From the NCBI GenBank assembly GCA_965242705.1, contig OZ251486.1, forward strand, positions 333,945 through 397,944: 64,000 nucleotides of DNA. The letters are read 5' to 3'. Shown here piece by piece: positions 1 through 8,618 of this stretch. Each line of letters opens with the position of its first letter. Position 1 is the first letter of the stretch. Source of the DNA: Bryobacterales bacterium. Its GTDB lineage: Bacteria > Acidobacteriota > Terriglobia > Bryobacterales > UBA6623. Below the pieces are notes generated by a model. The model searched no databases. It saw only the letters and a program-made list of their open reading frames with translations, and was not told where the DNA came from. A program made the position numbers and the translations under genes.

Positions 1-126
1 CCCGCGGTGCGGAAAATCGTTCGCGCGCTCGAGGACGACGGCTTCCGGTTTCAGACGCTGCTGCGCGAGATCGTCTTCAGCTATCCTTTTCTTTACAAGC
101 AATCTCCCGAAGCGGAGGCCGATTGA
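1..126 (+). CDS. C-terminal fragment of the usual upstream partner of DUF1552 genes (DUF1592/DUF1585-type); 5' end lies outside the window
   Basis: Frame +1 is open from the window edge (..RKIVRALEDDGFRFQTLLREIVFSYPFLYKQSPEAEAD*). The TGA at 124-126 overlaps the ATG at 126 of the next gene. The family call rests on gene-pair context only. Confidence 0.45.
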   Translation, partial: PAVRKIVRALEDDGFRFQTLLREIVFSYPFLYKQSPEAEAD

Positions 127-1472
127 TGCTTCTGTCGAACCGCATTTCCCGCCGCCAGGTTTTGCGTTCCGCCGGCGCCGCGGTCGGTCTGCCTTTTCTG
201 GACGTCATGACGCCGCGGAGCTTGGCGCAGCCCAAGCCGACGACGCGGCTGGCCTATCTGTATTTTCCGAACGGGATTCCCCGCGGAACATGGGAACCGG
301 TCAGGACCGGTCCCGGCGGGCGCATCGAAAAACTCAACGAATGGATGAGCCCGCTGGAGCCGTTCAAGCGGGAACTGGTCATCCCGACGAACATCTGGAC
401 GCCGTTGGGAAACGGCCACGTCTCAGGCCCGCCGACCTGGTTGACCGGTTACGACTACGACCGGCACAAGATCGATGCCGGCGGCGTCTCGGCCGATCAA
501 TTGGCCGCGCGGCATATCGGCGGCGGCACGCTGCTGCCTTCGCTGGAACTCTCTCTGAAGGGCGAAGGCTTCATGTCGAAATCGCTCCCGCGAAACCACA
601 TCTCGTGGTCTGCGCCGAACAGGCCGCTGGCGCGCGAGGTCGAGCCGCGGGCGGTGTTCGACCGCATGTTCCGCCCGCCCGCGGGCGGGGCTTCGGACCG
701 CTCGGCGCTCGACATGGTATTGGCCGATGCGCGCTCGCTGCGGGACCGCGTGAGCCGCGCCGACCAAGCGCGCCTCGACGAGTATTTCGAATCGATTCGC
801 TCGCTTGAGAAACGTATTGCGTTTTCCGAAGCCCGGGCGAAGCAGACGGCGGACGACAAGGCGCTGACGGACACGTTGGCCAGGCCGTCCGCCGGGATTC
901 CGTCCGATCACAAGCAATACGTGCGGATCATGATGGATCTGCTGGTGCTGGCGTTCCAGTCCCGCGCCGCGCGCGTGGCCACTTTCATGCTCGATCACGG
1001 CCAATCGAACCGTTATTTCAATTTCATCGACGGGGTTCGCGGAACGTGGCATGCCCTTTCGCACTACAAGAACTTCTCCGGCCGCACCGAGGACGATGAC
1101 GGCGTGACTTCATGGGACTCCGTCGAGCAGAAGCGGGCGATGTTCGCTCGGGTGCAACTCTGGCATCACCAGCAAGTCGCCTACCTGCTGGAACGTATGC
1201 AATCGATCCGCGAGCCCGACGGCGGGACGCTGCTGGACAACGCGATGATTGTTTACGGTTCCGCGCTCGGCGACGGCAACGATCACGACAAGCACCATCT
1301 GCCCACTTTGCTCGCCGGCCGCGGCGGCGGCACGATCGCAGCGGGCCGGCTCATCGAGTACGCCAAGCCGATGAATCTGGCCGGCATCCATCTGGCCCTG
1401 CTGCAGAGGCTGGGCGTCCCGGTCGAGCGATTCGCCTCCGCCGACAGGCCGGCCGAGGAACTGGCCGGTTAA
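126..1472 (+). CDS. DUF1552 domain-containing protein with a Tat-type signal
   Basis: 449-aa ORF (track 123..1472; ATG at 126). N-terminus is SRRQVLRSAGAAVGLPFL (twin-arginine-like). Overall sequence is typical of DUF1552 proteins of Planctomycetes/Acidobacteria. Confidence 0.85.
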   Translation: MLLSNRISRRQVLRSAGAAVGLPFLDVMTPRSLAQPKPTTRLAYLYFPNGIPRGTWEPVRTGPGGRIEKLNEWMSPLEPFKRELVIPTNIWTPLGNGHVSGPPTWLTGYDYDRHKIDAGGVSADQLAARHIGGGTLLPSLELSLKGEGFMSKSLPRNHISWSAPNRPLAREVEPRAVFDRMFRPPAGGASDRSALDMVLADARSLRDRVSRADQARLDEYFESIRSLEKRIAFSEARAKQTADDKALTDTLARPSAGIPSDHKQYVRIMMDLLVLAFQSRAARVATFMLDHGQSNRYFNFIDGVRGTWHALSHYKNFSGRTEDDDGVTSWDSVEQKRAMFARVQLWHHQQVAYLLERMQSIREPDGGTLLDNAMIVYGSALGDGNDHDKHHLPTLLAGRGGGTIAAGRLIEYAKPMNLAGIHLALLQRLGVPVERFASADRPAEELAG

Positions 1473-1535
1473 GCGGATGATGCATCCGGGTATCTGCGCG
1501 AAACGGGCGGCGGCAAGGGAAATGCGGCAGGCGCG

Positions 1536-2504
1536 ATGAAGTTTCTGGTTGCCGGCGCCGGAGGATTCATCGGCCATCATCTCGTCAATCGGCTCAAGGC
1601 GGAAGGCCATTGGGTGCGCGGCGCGGACGTCAAGCGCCCCGAGTTCGCGTCGAGCGCGTGCGATGAGTTCCAGATCGCAGACTTGCGCTGCTTCGAGGCC
1701 TGCCGGCAAGCGGCGGACGGCATGGACGGCGTATGCCAACTGGCGGCCGACATGGGCGGGATCGGATACCTCACCTCGAATTACGCGCATCTCGTGCGCA
1801 ACAACACGCTGATCAACAGCCACATGCTCGAAGCGGCGCGAACCGCTCGGGCGGGCTCCTACCTGTTCACCAGTTCCGCTTGCGTTTATCCTGACCGCTT
1901 GCAGCAGAACGAGAACGTTACGCCGCTGCGCGAAGACCAGGTCCTGCCGGCGGCGCCGGAGAAGGGCTACGGCTGGGAAAAACTCTTTGCCGAGCAGCTT
2001 GTCGGCTATTACCGCGAGGAATTCGGCCTCGATTCGCGGGTCGTCCGCCTGCACAATGTCTATGGGCCGTTCGGCGTTTATGACGGCGGCAGGGAAAAGG
2101 CGCCGGCGGCGCTCTGCCGCAAGGCGGCCTTGGCCCGGGACGGCGGCAGCATAGAAATATGGGGCGACGGTTCGCAGACGCGCAGCTTCTGCTACATTGA
2201 CGATTGCATCGAAGGTCTGCGCCGGATCATGGCGTCGGATTGCACGGCGCCGATCAATCTCGGAAGCGAAGAATTGGTCAGCGTGGCTCGACTGGTCGAA
2301 ATGGTGTGCGCCGCCGCCGGCAAACGGCTTCGCCTGACGCATAACCTCGACAAACCGCAAGGCGTTCGAGGCCGCAACAGCGACAACGCCGGATTGCGGA
2401 AAGTTACCGGCTGGCAGCCGACAACGCCCTTGGCGGAGGGCATCCGACGCACTTATCGGTGGATTTCGGGGGAGATGGCGCGCCGAGCCGCCGGCGGGCG
2501 ATAG
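1536..2504 (+). CDS. NAD-dependent epimerase/dehydratase family protein (nucleotide-sugar epimerase-like)
   Basis: N-terminal Rossmann motif VAGAGGFIGHHLV. 322 aa, typical extended-SDR length and layout. Confidence 0.85.
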   Translation: MKFLVAGAGGFIGHHLVNRLKAEGHWVRGADVKRPEFASSACDEFQIADLRCFEACRQAADGMDGVCQLAADMGGIGYLTSNYAHLVRNNTLINSHMLEAARTARAGSYLFTSSACVYPDRLQQNENVTPLREDQVLPAAPEKGYGWEKLFAEQLVGYYREEFGLDSRVVRLHNVYGPFGVYDGGREKAPAALCRKAALARDGGSIEIWGDGSQTRSFCYIDDCIEGLRRIMASDCTAPINLGSEELVSVARLVEMVCAAAGKRLRLTHNLDKPQGVRGRNSDNAGLRKVTGWQPTTPLAEGIRRTYRWISGEMARRAAGGR

Positions 2505-2627
2505 ACGGGGTACGCAGGAAATGCGCCGGGCGAACGAGCGTCAGCCAAGCGTCTCGATAATTTTCCGAGGCGCATGGGTTGCCGCGGCGACTCGCGGCGG
2601 GCGCTCGGCGTTCAACGCAAACGATCC

Positions 2628-3650
2628 ATGACCTACGGCGAACCCCGTTTTTTACAGTATGAGGCGGCGGCGCCGGTAGTGGCCGGGCTGCTGCATCACG
2701 CTTCGAACCTCGAATTCCTGCTGCGCGAAGCGCATGCGACGGCAAGGCTGGCGATCCTTCCTCCGCTGCATTTCTCTCCGAAACACAACTTCGGCGTACG
2801 CCGCGAATGGCGCTGGGAGCACTATTTCGACTTCGCCGCAAGCAGCTTGACGGACGCCGACGGCCGGCGGTTTCCGCTGCCTATCGCGGATTGCCGCCCC
2901 GAGGCAGGCGCGCGAACGCTGCGCTTGCGGGGAAGAGAGGCCATGCCGGAGCGGGCGCGGAACTACCCGCTCGTCGTGCGGCGCATCTCCCATCCCGCTT
3001 TCGGAAGAGAGCTGCCGACGGACGGCTGGCCGGAGTCTGCGGTCGATCTGCGCCCTTCGGCGCGCGCGGCGGCGCTCGCCCGCCCGGTGGCGCGGCATCT
3101 CCGCTCGCTCGGCGGCGGCCGCTTCGCCGCCGTCCACGTCCGCCGCGGCGACCGCGTTGCCGCCGGATATGTGCCCGATCGACTGATGTCGCCGCCGCAT
3201 ATCCGGCAATGCCTGCAGCGCTGCGGCGCGGCCGACGGCGCGGTCGTGTATATCGCTTCGGACGAGCGCGATCCCGATTTCTGGAAGCCGCTGCAGGAGA
3301 CCTACCGGCTGTTTCGCTACGTCGATTTTCCGGAGCTCGAGGCGCTCATTTCAGGCGTCGACGAGGCGCCGGACAACTACTTGCTCTTTCAAGTCGAGCG
3401 CGAAGTGCTGCGGGAAGGCTATCCGCGCATCGGCGCCATGCCGAACCGGATGTGGGCGCACATGCACGACTGGCTCATCGACCGCGAGAACTGGCCGCCG
3501 CGTCCGAGTTTCAGCCGGCGGCTGGCGCTCGGGGTGCGGCGCCTCGGCCCGCGGATACGCCGCGTGGAGGAGCGCCTGCCGCAAAAGCCTTCGCAAATGC
3601 TCGCTTCGGCGCGGCTGTATGCTGCGTCCTTTCTGCGCAGACTTGGGTAG
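2628..3650 (+). CDS. Hypothetical protein, fucosyltransferase-like (HVRRGD motif), tandem paralog A
   Basis: ORF 2574..3650. The ATG at 2628 aligns with the start region of paralog B. The motif FAAVHVRRGDRV ... YIASDERDPDFW resembles the HxRRxD motif of the GT11/GT23/O-FucT superfamily. Confidence 0.7.
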   Translation: MTYGEPRFLQYEAAAPVVAGLLHHASNLEFLLREAHATARLAILPPLHFSPKHNFGVRREWRWEHYFDFAASSLTDADGRRFPLPIADCRPEAGARTLRLRGREAMPERARNYPLVVRRISHPAFGRELPTDGWPESAVDLRPSARAAALARPVARHLRSLGGGRFAAVHVRRGDRVAAGYVPDRLMSPPHIRQCLQRCGAADGAVVYIASDERDPDFWKPLQETYRLFRYVDFPELEALISGVDEAPDNYLLFQVEREVLREGYPRIGAMPNRMWAHMHDWLIDRENWPPRPSFSRRLALGVRRLGPRIRRVEERLPQKPSQMLASARLYAASFLRRLG

Positions 3651-3656
3651 GCATAC

Positions 3657-4712
3657 ATGGATTCGTCCGCGAATACCGCCAAGCCTGCGGCGCCCGGCGA
3701 AACGCGCTTTCTGCAGTACGAGATGCCGGCGCCGTCCGTGGACGGGCTGTTGTATCAGGCCTCGAACCTCGAATTCTTGCTGCGCGAGGCTCATGCGTCG
3801 GGAAGGCTGGCCATCCTGCCGCCGCTGAACCTGTCTCCGAAACTCAACCTCGGCGTGCGCCGCGAGTGGCGTTGGGAGCATTATTTCGACTTCGGGGAAA
3901 GCAGCTTGACGGATGCCCGCGGGCGGCGGCTTCCGCTGCCTATCGCGGATTGCCGCCCCGAGGAAGGCGCGCGAACGCTGAAGCTGCGGGGCGGAGAACC
4001 CATGCCGAAACGGGCGCGGGACTACCCCCTCGTGGTGCGGCGCATCTCGTACCCCTTTTCGTTCAGAAAAGAAATGACGATGGACGGCTGGCCGGAGTCT
4101 GCGGTCGATCTGCGCCCTTCAGCGCGGGCGGCGGCGCTCGCCCGCCCGGTGGCGCGGCGTCTCCGCTCGCTCGGCGGCGGCCGCTTCGCCGCCGTCCACG
4201 TCCGCCGCGGCGACCGCGTTGCCGCCGGACAGGTGCCCGATCGACTGACGTCGCCGCCGCATATCCGGCAATGCCTGCAGCATTGGGGCGCGGACGACGG
4301 CGCGGTCGTGTACATCGCCTCGGACGAGCGCGACCCCGATTTCTGGAAACCGCTGCAGGAGACCTACCGGCTGTTTCGCTACGTCGATTTTCCGGAGCTC
4401 GAGGCGCTCATTTCAGGCGTCGGCGAGGCGCCGGACAACTACTTGCTCTTTCAGGTCGAGCGGGAAGTGCTGCGCGAAGGCGATTTGCGCATAGGCACCA
4501 TGCCGAACTGGGCATGGGCGCACATGCACGACTGGCTCATCGACCGCGGGAACTGGCCGCCGCGGCAGAGTTTCAGCCGGCGTCTGGCGCTCGGCGTACG
4601 CCGCCTCGCGAGACCGCTGCGCCGCATCGAGGAATGCCTGCCGCAGACGCCTTCGCGAATGCTCGCCTCGGCGCGGCTGCGCACGGCGGCCTTTCTCCGG
4701 CGGTTCGAGTAG
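3657..4712 (+). CDS. Hypothetical protein, fucosyltransferase-like (HVRRGD motif), tandem paralog B
   Basis: 351-aa ORF starting 6 nt after the stop of paralog A. Long identical blocks are shared with A (e.g. FRYVDFPELEALISGV, AVVYIASDERDPDFWKPLQETYRL). Confidence 0.75.
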   Translation: MDSSANTAKPAAPGETRFLQYEMPAPSVDGLLYQASNLEFLLREAHASGRLAILPPLNLSPKLNLGVRREWRWEHYFDFGESSLTDARGRRLPLPIADCRPEEGARTLKLRGGEPMPKRARDYPLVVRRISYPFSFRKEMTMDGWPESAVDLRPSARAAALARPVARRLRSLGGGRFAAVHVRRGDRVAAGQVPDRLTSPPHIRQCLQHWGADDGAVVYIASDERDPDFWKPLQETYRLFRYVDFPELEALISGVGEAPDNYLLFQVEREVLREGDLRIGTMPNWAWAHMHDWLIDRGNWPPRQSFSRRLALGVRRLARPLRRIEECLPQTPSRMLASARLRTAAFLRRFE

Positions 4713-4782
4713 CCTCCAAGGGCGGATACTTGTCCACAAAACCTGCGAACGTCCGGTACAACGACCGGCATCAAGCAACGCG

Positions 4783-5544
4783 CTATCCTGCTCCGCTCTG
4801 AAGTGAACGAGACAAACAAGCAGGACAGTGACAGTCGTCCGCTGTGTGTTTACGATGCACCAAACCGTGCAATACTCCACCTTCTTTATCGAAGCGTCTT
4901 ACGATTCGATCGAAGTAGCGCGTGTCGTGATACTCGTAGCGCCTCCAGACCGCCCATGCCAGCATATCCGTGATCTGAATCGGCCGTGAAGCGGCAGAAT
5001 CCACGAACAACGGGACCTCGGCAAGATTTCGGAGCGTCCCCCATCTTGTGCCCTCCTCGCGAAAATGCCGCGCCAATCCTTGCAGAGTTTCCTCGTATTG
5101 TGATTTATCCATTACGATCAGTCCGCGCTGTTCGCCGTTCCCATTCCTGTACAAACGCCTGAGAAACAGATCGAAACGGTTGCAGATTTCCTCAAAGGCG
5201 TACTCAACAGGGTCATTAGGCGCTTCCGCATGCTTGTCCACGGCTACGGCGAAAGCGCTCACGCTCCAATGGGCATCGCGAAGCAGGCCCAGACCGCGCT
5301 CGATAGTGTCCAGGCGTTTTTGCCGCGCTATCCCTTTCCATGGAGCCTCACTTCCATTCGCCATCACGCTGCCGTGTAGTTCGACATCGTGAACGTTGCC
5401 CAACCCAAGAGAAGAAACAAATTGATCGGTTTTGGAAATGAGGTGATAAATCTGACGCTCGAATACGGCGATGCCGGCAAGGACGAAGTGACGTTCTTTC
5501 GGGTTTTTTACAGACCCGGACCCATCCAGGTAAAGCAAGTACAT
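4783..5544 (-). CDS. DUF3800 domain-containing protein
   Basis: ORF 4783..5679. The internal ATG at 5544 gives MYLLYLDGSGSVKNPKERHFVLAGIAVF, the characteristic DUF3800 N-terminus. GC is visibly lower than the flanks. Confidence 0.75.
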   Translation of the reverse strand: MYLLYLDGSGSVKNPKERHFVLAGIAVFERQIYHLISKTDQFVSSLGLGNVHDVELHGSVMANGSEAPWKGIARQKRLDTIERGLGLLRDAHWSVSAFAVAVDKHAEAPNDPVEYAFEEICNRFDLFLRRLYRNGNGEQRGLIVMDKSQYEETLQGLARHFREEGTRWGTLRNLAEVPLFVDSAASRPIQITDMLAWAVWRRYEYHDTRYFDRIVRRFDKEGGVLHGLVHRKHTADDCHCPACLSRSLQSGAG

Positions 5545-5723
5545 GGGAAGAGGCCGGGACGTGCGTGTTGTTCGGAAAAAACGCAGCCGGGTGGGGCACC
5601 TGGCCCCAGCGGACCGTGACTTCCACAGCCCTCCCAACCGCTGCAACCGATTTTCGCACGCAAAACGCCGAAAAGTCAACTTTTCCGTTTTTGCGGCGAT
5701 TTTTTCGGGAACAACCGGCGCTG

Positions 5724-5744
5724 CCTCTACGTACTACAATCCGA
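5724..5744 (+). promoter_or_regulatory. Conserved 21-nt motif GCCTCT(N1-3)CGTACTACAATCCGA, copy 1 (contains a TACAAT -10-like hexamer)
   Basis: cgtactacaatccga at 5730-5744, ending 5 nt before ATG 5750. The same 15-mer is at 6055-6069. Confidence 0.3.
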
Positions 5745-5749
5745 AAGGG

Positions 5750-5998
5750 ATGAATACGGTGCGGGGGCTGGTGGAATCCATCAAATTTCTGTTTACGGGT
5801 CCGCTGATTCTGATTATGCTGGGCGTCGTCGACTGGATGACGCCGCCGCCCGGCCTCCATTGGTTCCACTGGGCGGCGCTGGGCATCGGCATCGGCTGGT
5901 TCTTCAGTCTGCTCCGCGTTGTCTGGGCCGTCGTCGTATTCGGCGGCTTGGCGGCGCTGTTCGCCTACTGGCAGAGCCGAAAAGTCCGCATCCTCTGA
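5750..5998 (+). CDS. Small membrane protein (2TM-domain-like)
   Basis: ATG at 5750 preceded by aaaggga. 82 aa with two hydrophobic helices (LILIMLGVVDW.. / GIGIGWFFSLLRVVWAVVVFGGLAALFAYW). Confidence 0.55.
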   Translation: MNTVRGLVESIKFLFTGPLILIMLGVVDWMTPPPGLHWFHWAALGIGIGWFFSLLRVVWAVVVFGGLAALFAYWQSRKVRIL

Positions 5999-6046
5999 AA
6001 GCCCGGCAGCGCGGACCGCGGCGTTTCCCCGGGGGGCGGCCGGGCG

Positions 6047-6069
6047 GCCTCTCTCGTACTACAATCCGA
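6047..6069 (+). promoter_or_regulatory. Conserved motif GCCTCT(N1-3)CGTACTACAATCCGA, copy 2
   Basis: cgtactacaatccga at 6055-6069, ending 2 nt before GTG 6072. Confidence 0.3.
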
Positions 6070-6071
6070 GC

Positions 6072-8513
6072 GTGAGGAATCTTGCGCTTCTTTTCGTTGC
6101 GGCAGCGGCGGCCGCCGTTGCCGCCGAGCGGCTCTCTTCCCCCGAGGACTATGCCGATTACCCGTCAGCGGCGGTTGCTCCGAACGGCGATTTGTGGCTG
6201 GCGTTTCTCAGTTACGACGAGCGCGGCAGCGACGTGGTCAAAGTACGCCGGCGAACCGCCGACGGCTGGCAGCCCGCCGAGACGATCACCCCCGCGCCCG
6301 GAGACTTTCTGAAAACCGCCGCGGCAGCGACGGCCGACGGCGCGCTGTGGATTGCCTGGGCCGCGCAGGTCGAGGGGAACTTCGACATCTACGCCCGCGT
6401 GTTCGACGGCGGGCGCTGGTCGCCGATCCGCCGCCTCACCGAAACGCCCGGAGCGGATTTTCACCACCGCCTCGCGGCCGATTCGCGGGGCAATCTCTAC
6501 CTGGTGTGGCAATCGCTGCGCACCGGCGACGGGAACATCTATCTGAAAGTTTTCGACGGCATCCGCTGGTCGCAGGCGATAGCCGTCAGCAGCCACGAGG
6601 CGAGCGAATGGGAGCCGGCGGTCGCGATCGATTCCCAAGACCGGCTTTACATCGCTTACGACACTTATCGGCACGGCGACTACGACGTGTTCCTGCGCGT
6701 TTTCGAGAACGGCGCGCTGGGCGCCGAGATTCCGATCGCCGACTCGCCCGATTTCGAGGCCAGAGCGGCCATCGCCATCGACAAGCAGGACCGCGCCTGG
6801 ATCGCCTGGGACAACCAGGGGCCGAACTGGGGTCTCGACATGCCGCACTGGAACCTCGACAGCGCCGAGGGCGACTGGGGCGAGCCGGCCGACTGGACCG
6901 CGCCCGACCCGCGCGGGCGCGTCGGCCAAAAGGTCAGCCTGCGCTATACCCAGAGCATCGGCATGGCCGTCTATGCGCAAGGCCGCCGTTGGACGCCGAA
7001 GGCGTCGGTCGTATCGGTGCTGCCCGACGAGCCGCCGGCGGGCGTTCTGGAGATTCCCCGCCTTGCCGTCGATGGAGCGGGCGTCCCCTGGTTGTTTTTC
7101 CGGCGTTGGCTGCGGCGCAACGACGGCGGCGGGATGGCCGAGCGGCCGATGGGCTGGCGCATTTACGCTTCGGCTTACGAAACCGACCGCTGGAGCGAGC
7201 CGATTGTGCTGGAAGACAGCGCGGGCAGCAACGACAACCGCCCTTCGATCGTGCTGCAGGACGGCAACGCGCTGGACGTCTTTTTCGCCGCCGACGGGCG
7301 TTACGACGCCGAGGCGAACCGCGTCAAGCCCATCGACGGGCGCCGCGGCTTCGTCGCGCACCGGAAAATCGAGCCGCGGCGCGGAACGGCGGCGCCGGAA
7401 CTGAAGCCGCTCGCGCCCGGCAAACCGCGCGGCCACCGGCACACGGCCGCCGCCGACCGCCGCAACGAGGTTGCCGCGGGCGCGAAACGCTACCGGCTCT
7501 ATTGGGGCGATCTCCACCGCCACACGGAAATTTCCGGCGACGGCGGTTACGACGGCTCCTTGTGGGATATGTACCGCTACGCCATCGACGCCGCCGAGCT
7601 CGACTTTATCGCTTCCACCGACCATTCCTACGGCGGCGCGGGCAAGGACGGGCTGCTGGAAACCTACGACTGGTGGCGGACGCAGAAACTCGCGGACGTT
7701 TTCCACCTGCCGGGCGTTTTCATGCCGCTGTTCGGCTACGAACGCACGCCGGCGTTTCCCTACGGCCACCGCAACGTGATTTCGCCGAACCGCGGCGCGG
7801 CCGCGGTTCCGATTACCGTTCCGGCCGAGGAGCGCAATACCCGATTCCCCCGCCGTCCGGACGAGTTGGCCTTGTGGAAGGCGCTCAAGGGTTCCGATGC
7901 GATCACCATTCCGCACACGATCGCCGCCGGCGGCGGCACGGATTGGAGCTATCACGACCCGGCGTTCCAGACGCTGCTCGAGATTTATCAGGGCTGCCGC
8001 CTGAGCTACGAAGGCCGCGGCGCCCCGCGCGTCAATTCCGCCGAGCGGTACGAAGTCGGCTATGCGCAGAACGCCTTGGCCAAAGGCTACAAGATGGGTT
8101 TCATCGCCTCGTCCGACCACCGCTCGACGCACGTTTCGTATGCGGCCGTTTATGCCGAGGAACCCACCCGGCAGGGGATTTTCCGGGCGCTGCGGCAACG
8201 GCACGCCTATGCCGCGACGGACAACATCGTCGTCGACGTCCGCGTGGGCGAGGCGATCATGGGCGATGAGGTTGCCGCGTCGGAGCCGCCGGTGATCCGC
8301 ATTGCCGTACGCGGCACGGCGCCGATCGACAACGTCCAGATCATCAAAAACGGGCAGCATCTTTACGCGCGGCGTCCGGCAACCCGCGAGGTTGCCTTCG
8401 CTTACAGGGACGACGCGGCCGAGCCGGGCGAGAGCTACTATTACGTGCGCTTGCAGCAGACGGACGGGCAGATGGCCTGGGCTTCGCCGATCTGGGTGGA
8501 CTACCGGCCCTAG
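6072..8513 (+). CDS. Secreted repeat (BNR/beta-propeller-like) protein fused to a PHP/CehA-McbA-like (DUF3604-like) metallohydrolase domain
   Basis: ORF 5919..8513. The in-frame GTG at 6072 gives a signal-like VRNLALLFVAAAAAAVAA. There are repeated ..G.LW(I/L)A(W/F).. units. The C-terminal half has YWGDLHRHTEISGDG ... FIASTDHS metal-binding motifs. Confidence 0.8.
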   Translation: MRNLALLFVAAAAAAVAAERLSSPEDYADYPSAAVAPNGDLWLAFLSYDERGSDVVKVRRRTADGWQPAETITPAPGDFLKTAAAATADGALWIAWAAQVEGNFDIYARVFDGGRWSPIRRLTETPGADFHHRLAADSRGNLYLVWQSLRTGDGNIYLKVFDGIRWSQAIAVSSHEASEWEPAVAIDSQDRLYIAYDTYRHGDYDVFLRVFENGALGAEIPIADSPDFEARAAIAIDKQDRAWIAWDNQGPNWGLDMPHWNLDSAEGDWGEPADWTAPDPRGRVGQKVSLRYTQSIGMAVYAQGRRWTPKASVVSVLPDEPPAGVLEIPRLAVDGAGVPWLFFRRWLRRNDGGGMAERPMGWRIYASAYETDRWSEPIVLEDSAGSNDNRPSIVLQDGNALDVFFAADGRYDAEANRVKPIDGRRGFVAHRKIEPRRGTAAPELKPLAPGKPRGHRHTAAADRRNEVAAGAKRYRLYWGDLHRHTEISGDGGYDGSLWDMYRYAIDAAELDFIASTDHSYGGAGKDGLLETYDWWRTQKLADVFHLPGVFMPLFGYERTPAFPYGHRNVISPNRGAAAVPITVPAEERNTRFPRRPDELALWKALKGSDAITIPHTIAAGGGTDWSYHDPAFQTLLEIYQGCRLSYEGRGAPRVNSAERYEVGYAQNALAKGYKMGFIASSDHRSTHVSYAAVYAEEPTRQGIFRALRQRHAYAATDNIVVDVRVGEAIMGDEVAASEPPVIRIAVRGTAPIDNVQIIKNGQHLYARRPATREVAFAYRDDAAEPGESYYYVRLQQTDGQMAWASPIWVDYRP

Positions 8514-8540
8514 CGCGGCCGGGGCGGCTGCGCCGTCGGT

Positions 8541-8606
8541 CGGGCCGCGCTTTGCGCGGCGGTCACGGGTCGGCGGGTCGCGAGTCGGGCCGCTTCGCGG
8601 CGTCAC
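8541..8606. repeat. REP-like element (GC hairpin + GGGTC tracts + second hairpin)
   Basis: gccgcgc-ttt-gcgcggc hairpin at 8544-8560, then ggtcacgggtcggcgggtcgcgagtcggg, then a ccgc-ttc-gcgg hairpin. Lies between convergent gene ends. Confidence 0.7.
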
Positions 8607-8618
8607 TCGACGGCGCCC

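Noticed and set aside
93-419. 108-aa minus-strand ORF overlapping the DUF1552 start, and many similar 60-200-aa ORFs in the track
   Set aside because: All overlap stronger genes in other frames and have Arg/Pro/Gly-rich composition. They are treated as high-GC noise.
2807-4801. 664-aa plus-strand ORF crossing both fucosyltransferase-like paralogs in another frame
   Set aside because: Extremely Arg/Pro/Ala-rich. It ignores the stop and 6-nt spacer that separate the two homologous genes in the real frame.
6165-8606. 813-aa ORF on the minus strand, antisense to the repeat/PHP gene
   Set aside because: Arg/Ala/Gly/Pro-rich junk composition typical of stop-poor alternative frames in high-GC DNA. 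The plus-strand frame has clear catalytic motifs and a signal peptide.
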